Made by a program: the position numbers and the translations under genes
Shown here: positions 36,583 to 47,974 of the stretch, one piece after another
Position numbering within the stretch: the first letter of the stretch is position 1
Layout: each line of letters begins with the position of its first letter
The notes under the pieces: generated by a model
Database searches by the model: none
What the model was told of the DNA's origin: nothing
The model's input: the letters and a program-made list of their open reading frames with translations, nothing else
Assembly (NCBI RefSeq): GCF_963921235.1
Contig: NC_086097.1
Coordinates: forward strand, 209,748,001 to 209,812,000
DNA length: 64,000 nucleotides
Direction: 5' to 3'
Source of the DNA: Mobula hypostoma
Lineage: Eukaryota

Positions 36583-38619
36583 GAGTCGGCCCTCCTTATC
36601 CGCGAGATCCACGTGCGAATTCAACCAACCGTGAACCAAGAAAACCCGTAAGTGCTCTTCCAGCACTTGTTGTTCGAGCATGTACAGACTTTTTTTCCTT
36701 GTCGTTATTCCCTAAACAATGCAGTATAACAACTATTTTACATAGCATTTACATTGTATTAGGTATTATAAGTAATCTAGAGATGACTTAAAGTATACGG
36801 GAGGGTGTGCGTAGGTTATCGTGGATCGGGATTGAAGAAGTTCTCTTACTAAGTAAGTAGGAGCAGGTACATCCGGTATTATTTAGCGTCAGTTAATCAA
36901 ATGTTTGTCTTAGTATGTAGTATTGATTTTACCTTTCTATGCATATGAAACAGTTAAGAAACGTTTGTTGCAGCGCCGGGCTCGGGAACGAAAATTCCCG
37001 AGTTCGATCCAGTGACAGACCGCTCCCGAGCGCGCTCTCCATCCGTGCTGGGTTGATGTGAAGGATCAAAAACCCAAAACCCCAAAACTGCGTTGCTTAG
37101 TAATAATTATAGCTTTAATGGGGACAGGGCTTTTCTCACTTTATCCTTTAAAATTGTTCCGATTGTTGACCGACTGTAGCCAATGACCGATGGCGTTTCA
37201 CCTCTTTCCAATCACTTTATTATTTCCACTTTATTTTAAATCGCGATCGTGATTATTTTCGTGAACAGAAACACTGCAGATTCAGAGCTCCGCTGCCAGC
37301 TCCTAATGTCCACCGCACTGAGACCGGTTAAATAAGGTCCAGGGTTCCGCTGGGTCCTAAGATCCACCGCATTGAGACAGGTTGAAACATAAAAGCATAG
37401 AAAATAGGTGCAGGAGTGGGCCATTCGGCCCTTCGAGCCTGCACCGCCATTCAGTATGATCATGACTGATCATCCAACTCAGAACCCTGTACCAGCCTTC
37501 CCTCCATACCCCCTGATCCCTTTAGCCACAAGGGCCATATCTAACTCCCTCTTAAATATAGCCAATGAACTGGCCTCAACTGTTTCCTATGGCAGAGAAT
37601 TCCACAGATTCACCACTCTTTGTGTGAAGAAGTTTTTCCTAATCTCGGTCCTAAAAGGCTTCCCCTTTATCCTCAAACTGTGACCCCTCGTTCTGGACTT
37701 CCCCAACATCGGGAACAATCTTCCTGCTTCTAGCCTGTCCAATCCCTTTAGGATTTTATACATTTCAATCAGATCCCCCCTCAATTTTCTAAATTCCAAC
37801 GAGTATAAGCCTAGTCGATCCAGTCTTTCTTCATATGAAAGTCCTGCTATCCCAGGAATCAATCTGGTGAACCTTCTTTGTACTCCCTCTATGGCAAGAA
37901 GGTCTTTCCTCAGATTAGGGGACCAAAACTGCATACAGTACTCCAGGTGTGGTCTCACCAAGGCCTTGTACAACTGCAGTAGTACCTCCCTGCTCCTGTA
38001 CTCAAATCCTCTTACTATAAATGCCAGCATACCATTCGCCTTTTTCACCACCTGCTGTACCTGCATGCCCACTTACAATGACTAGTGTATAATGACACCC
38101 AGGTCTCGTTGCACTTCCCCTTTTCCTAATCAGCCACCATTCAGATAATAATCTGTTTTCCTGTTTTTGCCACCAAAGTGGATAACCTCACATTTATCCA
38201 CATTAAATTGCATCTGCCATGAATTTGCCCACTCACCTAACCTATCCAAGTCACCCTGCATCCTCTTAGCATCCTCCTCACAGCTAACACTGCCGCCTAG
38301 CTTCGTGTCATCCGCAAATTTGGAGATGCTGCATTTAATTCCCTCATCTAAGTCATTAATATATATTGTAAACAACTGGGGTCCCAGCACTGAACCTTGC
38401 AGTACCCCACTAGTCACCGCCTGCCATTCTGAAAAGGTCGCGTTTATTCCCACTCTTTGCTTCCTGTCTGCCAACCAATTCTCTATCCACATCAATACCT
38501 TACCCCCAATACCGTGTGCTTTAAGTTTGCACACTAATCTCCTGTTTTGAGCATCCACGTTTTTTGGTATCCGCGAGGGGTTCCGGAACCAATCCCTCGC
38601 AGATAAGGGGGGCCAACTG
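36583..38619. mobile_element. MER2/Tigger-group non-autonomous DNA transposon
   Basis: About 24-bp TIRs, GAGTCGGCCCTCCTTATCCGCGAG versus reverse complement CAGTTGGCCCCCCTTATCTGCGAG. TA on the left, CA on the right. The AT-rich core at 36680-36820 resembles mammalian MER2 as recalled. Confidence 0.8.
37385..38546 (-). mobile_element. CR1 3' portion (RT C-half), young, nested in the MER2-like element
   Basis: ORFs 38130..38558 (QGSVLGPQLFTIYINDL..KFADDTK) and 37587..38072. Confidence 0.92.
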
Positions 38620-38889
38620 CAGAGTATTTAATCACATTTCTTGCTTTGAAAGCCACCAGTAAACTGTCGCCCACCTTCAGTAGTGCCATCTTAAACTGGA
38701 AGATTCAACCAACTGAGGGAATCACCATCCCAGCAATCATCTTGTCAGGTCTCTAATAATTTTGTATGCTATATTGAGATATCTTCTCGTTCTCCTAAAC
38801 ATGCAGACACAATATGTTCATTCTCACCTCACAGAACAATATTCCATTCTCAATCTTGTAAATACTTGCTATACTCCTTTTCCTTTTAT

Positions 38890-39047
38890 TGAATCCATTC
38901 TTTCATTGATTCGGTCTTTCATTGATTCTGTTATGGTTATTATTCCATGGATTTATTGATTATACCAGCAAAAAAAATGAATCTCAGTGTTGTATATGGT
39001 GACATATATGTACTTTGATAATAAATTTACTTTGAACTCTGAACTTT
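38890..39047 (+). mobile_element. LINE 3' UTR fragment with AATAAA and (TTTGAAC)-type tail
   Basis: ..GATAATAAATTTACTTTGAACTCTGAACTTT. Confidence 0.6.
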
Positions 39048-41294
39048 ATAGGAATATCCTTCAGGTAGTAAATCTAGACCAGTTCTAATCTCACCAGGAC
39101 CATATCATTGCAGTAAGACATCTTTACTCCTGCCTTCTTACAATAAAGGTCAACATCCAATTTGACTTCCTAGTTATATCCATCCTAAAAGTTAAGTGTA
39201 CTAAATTATTTAATTCTTTCCCTTGGTCATTTTGCAACATCTTCATAATGCCTATTAAATCACTCCTATTTATTTTCATTTGTGCTAACAATTTGCCTTG
39301 TTCTGAATACACTGAGTTAAAGAGTTTTGTCTTCTATCACTTTTCCTTTCTCTGACTCTTACTGGAGGTACATTCTACTAAAATATACATTGAAGATGTA
39401 ACAATGTGGTGGTTACTGAGCAGGCAGTGGTAAACTAAAATAACGTGCATTCTACGCATAAAGACCATAAGATATAGGAGCAGAAGTAGGCCATTCAGCC
39501 CATTGAGTCTGCTCCACCGTTCAGTCATGGGGTGATGCAATTCTTCTAATCAACCCCACTCCCCTGCCTTCTCCCCATACCCTTTGATGCCCTGGCTAAT
39601 CAAGAACCTGTCTACCTCTGCCTTAAATACATCCAATGACTTGGCCTCCATAGCCGCTCGTGGCAACAAATTCCACAGATTTATCACCCTCTGACTAAAG
39701 TAATTTCTCCGCATCTCAGTTCTAAAGGGACGTACTTCAATCCTGAAGTCATACCCTCTCGTCCTAGAATCCTCTACCATGGGAAATCACTTGCCATATC
39801 TAATCTGTTTAGGCCTTTTAACATTCAGGATGTTTCTATGAGATCCCCCCTCATTCTGCTGAACTCCAGGGAATACATCCCAAGAGCTGCCAGACGTTCC
39901 TCATACGGTAACCCTTTCATTCCTGGAATCATCATGAATCTTCTCTGAACCCTCTCCAATGTCAGTATATCCTTTCTAAAATAAGGAGCCCAAAACTGCA
40001 CACAATACACAGTGTGGTCTTACAAGTGCCTTATAGAGCCTCAACATCACATCCCTGCTCTGATATTCTATACCTGTAGAAATGAATGCCAACATTGCAT
40101 TCGCCTCCTTCACAACTGACTCAACCTGGAGGTTAACTTTTAGAGTATCCTGTACAAGGACTCCCAAGTCCCTTTGCATCTTTGCATTTTGAATTCTCTC
40201 CCCATCTAAATAATAGTTTATTTCTTCCACCAAAGTGCATGACCATACACTTTCCAACATTGTAATTCATTTGCCACTTCTTTGTCCATTCCCCTAAACA
40301 CTAAGTCTCTCTGAAGGCTTTCTGTTTCCCCAACACTACCTGCTCCTCCACCTATCTTTGTATCATTGGCAAATTTAGCCATAAATCCATTAATACTATT
40401 GTTCGAGTTATTGACATACATCATAAAAAGCAGTGGTCCCAACACCGACCCCTGTGGAATTCCACTGGTAACCAGCAGCCAGCCAGAATAGGATCCCTTT
40501 ATTCCCACTTTCTGTTTTCTGTCAACCAGCCAATGCTCCACCCACACTAGTAACCTCCCTGTAATTCCATGGGTCTTATCTTGCTAAGCAGCCTCATGTG
40601 CAACACCTTGTCAAAAGCCTTTTGAAAATCCAAGTACACCACGCCTACTACATCTCCTTTGTCTACCCCGCTTGTAATTTCCTCAAAAAATTGCAGTCGG
40701 TTAGTCAGGCAGGATGTCCCTTTCAGGAAACCATGCTGGCTTTGGTCTATCTTATCATGTGTCTCCAGGTACTCTGTAATCTCATCCCTAACAATCAATT
40801 CCAACAACTTCCCAACCACTGATGTCAGACTAACAGGTCTATAGTTTCTTTTCTGCTGCCTCCCATCCTTTTTAGATCACGGAGTGACATTTGCAATTTT
40901 CCAGTCATCCAGAATCTATTGATTCTTGAAAGATCATCGTTAATGCCTTTGCAATCTCTGCAGCTACTTCTTCAGAACCCGAAGTGCATTCAGTCAGGTC
41001 CGGGAGATTTATCCACCCTCAGATCATTAAGCTTCTCAGTCGTAATTTTCACTGCACAAACTTTACTTCCCTGACACTTTTGAATGTCCGGTATACTGCA
41101 GACGTTTTCCACTGTGATGCCATGACGCTGAATTCTTCTTCCGTCGCCTACGTCTCCAAGTCTACTTCTTTGGCAAGGATTCCCCTCCCCCTACTGATGA
41201 CCCCTTCTCCTGTCTTCAACCCTCCTCCTCCTCCTGGACACCCCGCCCGGGCCTTCTACCTGCACTCGATCTTTTCATCTCCAACTGTCGCTGA

Positions 41295-43148
41295 GAAATC
41301 AACCGTCTCAACTTCACCACTCCTCTCTCCTGTTGCAACCTCACTCCCTCTGAACGCACTGCCCTCCACTCTCTCCGCACTAATCCCAACCTCACCATCA
41401 AACCCGCAGACAAAGTTGGTGCCGTAGTAGTCTGGCGGACGGACCTCTACCCCACTGAGGCCAAACAGCAGCTCTCTGACACCTCCTCTTACTTACCCCT
41501 GGAACAGGACCCCACCAAAAAACATCAAACCATTGTCTCCCGTACCATCACTGCCTTTATCAACTCCGGAGACCTTCCATCCTCAGCCGCTAAACTCATT
41601 ATTCCCACACCCCGTACCGCTCGGTTTTACCTCCTCCCCAAGATCCATAAGCCTGACTGTCCCGGTAGACCCATAGTTTCTGCCTGCTCCTGTCCCCCCA
41701 AACTTGTATCTGCCTATCTGGACTCCATTTTGTCACCCATAGTTCAGTCCCTCCCCACCTACATCTGGGATACATCCCATGCCCTCCAACTCTTCAATAA
41801 CTTCCAGTTCCCTGGTCCCAACGGCTTCATTTTCACTATGGCTGTCCAATCCTTATACACCGCCATTCCCCATCAAGAAGGCCTCAAAGCCCTCCGCTAC
41901 TTTCTGGACAATAGACCTCACCAGTTCCCCACCACTACTGCCCTCCTTCAGTTGGTGGAACTGGTGCTCATACTTAATAACTTCTCTTTTGGCTCTTCCC
42001 ACTTTCTTCAGACCAAGGGTGTAGCTATGGGCACTCGCATGGGCCCCAGCTATACCTGCCTCTTCATTGGTTATGTGGAACAGTCTGTGCTCCAAAACTA
42101 TTCTGGTACTGCTCCCCAACTTTTCCTTCGCTACATTGACGAATACATTGGTGCTGCTTCCTGCACCCATGCTGAGCTCATCAATTTCATCGACTTTACT
42201 TCAAACTTCCACCCAGCCCTCAAATTCATTTGGTCTATCTCGGACACTTCTCTCCCCTTTCTCCCCATCTCTGGAGACAGACTGTCCACTGATATCTTCT
42301 ACAAGCCCACAGACTCTCATAACTACCTCGATTATACCTCTTCCCACCCTGCCACATGCAAAAATGACATTCCCTATTCCCAGTTCCACTGTCTCCGCCG
42401 CATCTGCTCCCAGGATGAGGCTTTCCATTCCAGGACATCTCAAATGTCCTCTTTCTTTAAGGATCGTGGTTTCCCTTCTGCCGTCATCAATGACGCCCTC
42501 ACCCGCATCTCCTCCATTTCCCGCACTTCGGCCTTCACCCCATCCTCCTGCCACCACAACAGGGACAGAGTTCCCCTTGTCCTCACCTACCACCCCACCA
42601 GCCTCCGGATCCAGCACATTATCCTCCGCAACTTCCGTCACCTTCAACAGGACCCCACCACTAAGCTCATCTTTCCCTCTCCACCCCTCTCCACTTTCCG
42701 CAGGGATCGATCCCTACGCGACTCCCTGATCCACACATCCCTCCCCACGGATCTCCCACCCGGCACTTATTCCTGTAAGCGTAAGTGCTACACTTGTCCC
42801 TACACCTCCTCTCTTGCCACCATTCAGGGCCCCAAACAGTCCTTCCAGGTGAGGGTCATCTATTGCATCCGGTGCTGCCAGTGCGGCCTCCTCTACATCG
42901 GTGAAACCCGACGCAGATTGGGGGATCGCTTCGTCGAGCACCTCCGCTCTGTCCGCCACAACAGACAGGATCTCCCGGTTGCCCCCCACTTCAACTGTGC
43001 TTCACATTCCCATTTGGATATGTCCGTACGTGGCCTCCTCTACTGCCATGATGTGGCTAAACTCAGGTTGGAGGAGCAACACCTCATATACCGTCTAGGT
43101 AGTCTCCAGCCCCTTGGTATGAACATAGAATTCTCCAACTTCTGGTAA
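41295..43148 (+). pseudogene. PLE reverse transcriptase-GIY-YIG endonuclease frame (about 617 codons, catalytically mutated)
   Basis: ORF 41730..43148 extends in frame upstream to a TGA at 41292 and includes KPADK, LPKIHK and RPIVS. RT motifs MAVQSLYT (D>A), GVAMGTRMGPSY and RYIDE (D>E). Cys linker CKRKCYTC, then VIYCIRCCQCGLLYIGET..RFVEH..MN. Confidence 0.9.
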
Positions 43149-43402
43149 TTTCCTCCCCCTCCCTTCCCCATCCCTATTTCACTCTGCCCCCTCCCCCAGC
43201 TGCCTCATGGTTCCGCCTCCTTCTACTACCCATTGTGTTCTCCCCTATTCCTTCTTCACCTTTCCTGCCTATCACCTCCCTGCCTCCCCTCCCCCACCCC
43301 TTTATCTTTCCCCTTACTGGTTTTTCACCTGGAACCTACCAGCCTTCTCCTTCCCACCCTACCCCCCCACCTTCTTTATAGGGCCTCTGCCCCTTCCCTC
43401 TT

Positions 43403-43440
43403 CAGTCCTGACAAAGGGTTCCGGCCCGAAACGTTGACTG
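43403..43440 (+). ncRNA. Minimal hammerhead motif in the PLE terminal repeat (G8A variant)
   Basis: CAGTC-CTGACAA-A-GGG ttccgg CCC-GAAA-CGTT-GACTG. Confidence 0.65.
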
Positions 43441-45628
43441 ATCGTTTCCACGGATGCTGTCCCACCTGCTGAGTTCCTCCAGCTTGTTGTGAGTGTTGCT
43501 TTGACCCCAGCATCTGCAGAATATCTTGTGTCTTCCACTGTAAAGGCTGATGCAAAATACATTTTCAGTTCCTCTGCATCTCTGCATCTCTGCATCTCTC
43601 ATTACAATATCTCCAGCATCATTTTGTATTGGTCCTATATCTACCCTCGACTCTCTTTTACCCTTTATATACTTAAAACAACTTTTAGTATCTTCTTTGA
43701 TATTAGTCGCCAGCTTCTTCTCATAATTCATCTTTTCCTTGCGAATGACCTTCTTCGTTTCCTCTCCAAATTTTTAAAAGCTTCCCAATCCTCTATCTTC
43801 CCACTAGCTCTGGCTTCCTTGTATGCCCTCTCTTTTGCTTTTACTTTGGCTCTGACTTTACTTGTCAGCCACGGTAGTGTCCTTCTTCCCTTTGAAAATA
43901 TCTTCTTATCTGGAATATATCTGTCTTGCACTTCCCTCATTTTTCGCAGAAACTCCAGCCATTGCTGCTCTGCTGTCTTTCCTGCAAATGTCCCTTTCCA
44001 GTCTACTTTGGCCAGTTCCTCTCTCATGCCATTGTAATTTCCTTTATTCCACTGAAATGCCGACATATTTTGGATTTTATTTTTTCCTTCTCAAATCTCA
44101 ATGTGAACTCAATCGTATTGTGATCACTGTTACCTAAGGGTTCCTTAACCTTAAGCTCTATTATCGCCTCCAGATCATTGCACAACACCCAATCCAGCAC
44201 GGCCGATCCCCTAGTGGGCTCAAAACCAAGCTCTTCTAAAAAGTTAACCCTTAGACATTCTACAAATTCTCTCTCTTGAGGTCCAGTACTAACCTGGTTT
44301 TCTCAATCCACTTTCATGTTAAAATCCCCAACGATTATCATGACATTGCCTTTCTGACATGCCTTTTCTGTCTCCTGCTGTAATTTGTAATCCACATTCT
44401 GACTGTTTGGAGGACTGTGTACAACTGTCGTTAGCGTCCTTTTACCCTTGCCATTTCTTAACTCAACCCATAGAGAGTCTACACCTTCTGATTCTATGTC
44501 ATCCCTTTCTAATGATTTCATATTATTTCTTATACACAGGGCCACACCACCCCCTCTGCCTACTAACCTATCTTTCCGATACACCGTAAATCCTTGGACG
44601 TTCAGCTCCCAATGGCAGCCAAGGTTCAGAGATGACCACAACGTTATACTTGCCAATCTGTAGCTGAATTTCAAGATCATCCGTTTTATTCTTTATGCTG
44701 CGTGCATTCAAATACAGCACTCTCAGTCCAGTATTTGTTGCTTTCTGATTTAACTGCACCATGCCTCTATTGCCCTGTAACTCATGCCTCTGGCTTTGAT
44801 TAAGCCTCATCTCCTGACTGTTCTTTCTATAATCTCTGTTGCATGCTATATTTGATTTATTTCTGTTTTCCCCTTCTTTAGCCCTATCACTCTGGTTCCC
44901 ATCCCCCTGCCAAATTAGTTTAAACTCTCCCTAACAACTCTATTAAATGTGCCCAGTAGAATATTGGACCCCGTTGGATTCAGGTGTAACCCATCCTTTT
45001 GTATGGGTTGTACCTCCCCCAAAAGAGGCTCCAGTGATGCAGGAATCTGAATCCCTACCCCCTACACCAGCCTCTCAGCCACACATTAATACACCTGATC
45101 ATTCTATTCTTGCACTCACTAGCACATGGCACAGGCAGCAATCCTGAGATTCCTACCCTAGAGTCCTGCCTTTCAGCTTCCTACCTTACTCCCTGAATTC
45201 TTTCTTCAGGACCTCCTCCCTTTTTCTACCTACATCATTGGTACCTACATGTACCAAGACTTCTGGCTGTACTTTTTTTTACAAAAGAAAGTACACACCT
45301 TCTCATTGATTGTTATATCATTACAGTTCAAGTGCTTTAGCCTTAATAGCATGAAACATAGACAACTAATCTGATATAGTAGTGGATTGAAAGGTGTAAA
45401 ATAGGCAGTCACTGGTGATAAAACACATTAAGACCGAATACAGTGTGTCACGCAGTAGGAAGACCATTCATGCCCATGGCTGTCATTAAACTAGTTCCTG
45501 TTCAAATAAAGGTCAGCCAATTTTATTGTTTAATTATCTTTTTATCCTTTCTCCCTTTGCTGAATATAGTGTGTTATGAAAACTAGAAATATATATATTT
45601 ATACAGAACCTTATCATGTGATTGAAAT

Positions 45629-45842
45629 GCAAACAACAGGAATTCTGCAGATGCTGGAAATTCAAGCAACATACATCAAAGTTGCTGGTGAACGCAGCAG
45701 GCCAGGCAGCATCTAAAGGAAGAGGTGCAGTCGACGTTTCAGGCCGACCTGACGAAGGGTCTCGGCCTGAAACGTCGACTGCGCCTCTTCCTATAGATGC
45801 TGCTTGGCCTGCTGTGTTCACCAGCAACTTTGATGTATGTTG
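45629..45842. mobile_element. Fold-back Penelope terminal-repeat insertion with perfect 13-bp TSD
   Basis: TSD ATGTGATTGAAAT (45616-45628, 45843-45855). 81-bp arms 45667-45747 and 45762-45842 with 4 mismatches counted by eye. Confidence 0.9.
45748..45781 (+). ncRNA. Hammerhead catalytic core (all core nucleotides present, stem I 5' strand lost)
   Basis: C-CTGACGA-AGG gtctcgg CCT-GAAA-CGTC-GACTG; predicted cleavage after C45776. Confidence 0.65.
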
Positions 45843-47974
45843 ATGTGATTGAAATATCAGTTTTTTGCAGAATGAATTGTATAAATAGCTACTGTACAAT
45901 GTTATAACTCCCCTTCCCCCACATCTGTACCTTGTGCCATTTCACTATTTAGCTTGGCCTTGGTTGAAACTAGACTGTTTGACATAAAGGCCAATTTTGT
46001 GCACTGGTGCCTATTTTTAAAATGTTCTATTACCGTCTGTACACAAATGCAAATTCTGGTACTTTTGTTTTAGTTTTTGGGAAAAGAATAGTAAATTGAA
46101 CCAAAAAAGAGACTAGATCTGCCAACCGTACGTGACCATACACTGCTTCACGCCTATTGAAATCCTGGACTGTTTTCTTCACTTAATTTTAAAATCTCTA
46201 ATGGATTTCCTATAGTACTAGTTATAAGTTGCAAATATGCAGTTTTATATGCATTGGTGTAATATACTGTAAGATATAGAGCTGGGTATAGTTTCTCTGG
46301 AAAAGAAAAAAAGAATTAATTACCTAAAATATAAGATATTTTCTGACACCCTTGTACAGAACAATAATTCGCCATCTTCCTTTCATTATGCCACATGGAA
46401 TTTACAAAAAAATCATCACTGTCAAATCAGTACCATCCACATACTGTATTTCTGTCCTGTCATCCTGTCACTAGTTTCTGCTGTTCCTCCAACTGTTTGG
46501 TCCACAACAGCTATCCTGTAAGGCAAATGATAGGCATATTGTATGAAGTGTAGTTGTTCCCATCCTACAATAGTTAGTCACATGGGATAATACCCTTAGT
46601 TATATAATGAAAATTACTGACATTTAATATAGCGTTCTACGGCTTTATAAAACTGACCATGTGAAAATACAAGCTTCTAAAATTCGGCAGTACTCTTGTT
46701 TATTTTTCAAGGTTCCTGTTGCCTTTAAGCCTCTGTATTGCACATTGGCATCCAGCCTCTTCACTTAATATTACTTCAATAGAATCAGACAGGCAGGTAG
46801 GCCAACTAACGTCATGGGTGCGCTTAGGTACTCTAAACCACTCTGGAAGAGCAACGTCATCCACGCCATGATCTTATTGAATGACGACAATGGGGCCAAA
46901 TAGCCTACTCCTGCTCCTTCATGTGTTATTTAGATCGGCTTCCAGATCTGAGAAGTACTTTTTGTCAGGGGAGGGCAGCTGGAAATTACTCGAAGCTGGG
47001 ATGATAAAAGATGAATGCAGGCATACGAGGGAAACAGCAAGAACCTGCCTGCGCCATAAGGTTACTAAGTACAGTATTTTTACAGACTCAAAGGCACTCA
47101 CCTGCAAGTGAGGAGGAGTTTCTGTAGGCTCAAACGTTAATTGTGTAGCTATGCCATCTGTTAAAGGACACTTGCAACTATGGTGCCTTTACCTCCTCAC
47201 AGGGTAGCTCAGGAGTAAATGTTGGCCACTAACCTGTAAAACAGATGATTAATGTATTGATGAACATGACCAGCATTTTCATCTCTTCTCCGACTAAATA
47301 ATAGTTGCAATGGTATATCAAAACTGACTGCATATTCTGATGAAATTGGTACTGCTTTTTCACCAATTCTTTTGTTTCCAAGCTCTTGCAGACACTTTAC
47401 CTGTAAATTTTTAAAAGCTTCTTAAAGTCAATCCATGTAGCAATCCATTTTTCAAATGAGATCACATGTTAAAATAGCTGTCACTATGTCAACACCTGCA
47501 ATTTTCCATCAGTTACTCTGCTTCACGTGTGCAGTGAGGCTTGGGAATGTGAGACAAGTGCAGGATGCTGTTCTTAGTTTTGATCACTGACAATATTGTC
47601 AGCTGCTCTTCCAGCCTGCAAATTTTAGAAAGGTTAAGTGTTAAAGAGCTGGTTCACTTTCAACTCGAGTGAATGAAAAAGGAAGGCAGACAGAGGAAAT
47701 GGAGAATAATATTCCTTGGATTAGTCATATCTCTTTTGCCCATTGCCCATTGTCACCCATATTCAGCAACATCCAGGGTTAAATCCTTGAGGAGAAAGTG
47801 GTGCCGATAATTTCTAACTATCTTCAATTTTATGTCTATTCTCTTGTACTCTCGACAGTTGCCAGTTGAAGCTTCAATGTGTGCCCCCCCCCCCCCCGGA
47901 AACAGCATGGGAAGGAGCAATGAGGGTCTACAGCTTACAGCTCACAGCTCTCATGCACTTTGCTAGAAAAGGGT

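Larger units (their letters stand above)
35838..38702 (-). mobile_element. Non-coding LINE-derived retroelement with (TTTGAAC)-type tail, hosting the MER2-like element
   Basis: CAAAGTTCAAAATACATTTATTATCAAAG end at 35838 belongs to the same tail family as 39015-39047 and 55300-55335. GC-rich body; sequence continues after 38619 to GCCATCTTAAACTGGAAG. Confidence 0.5.
41118..43529 (+). mobile_element. 5'-truncated Penelope-like element (PLE, possibly Neptune-type) with TSD
   Basis: Flanks GTTTTCCACTGTGA (41104-41117) and GTCTTCCACTGTAA (43530-43543); RT+GIY-YIG frame; pyrimidine tract; hammerhead-bearing terminal repeat. Confidence 0.92.
39457..45270 (-). mobile_element. Long degraded CR1 LINE (ORF1 end, APE, RT), split by the Penelope element
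   Basis: Chain of minus ORFs 44568..44810 (LYLNARSIKNK), 44303..44680 (VGDFN), 43728..44066, 43402..43731, 40547..40819 (YLDFQKAFD), 40218..40547, 39976..40260, 39825..40010 and 39550..39780. CATAAGACCATAAG-type tail. Confidence 0.92.

Noticed and set aside
42067..42729. 220-aa Ser/Pro/Thr-rich ORF and other frames overlapping the PLE ORF
   Set aside because: Shadow frames of C-rich PLE coding sequence.
45534..45899. Mirror-image ORFs on both strands (also 29853..30077 and 30192..30380)
   Set aside because: Consequence of DNA palindromes, not genes.
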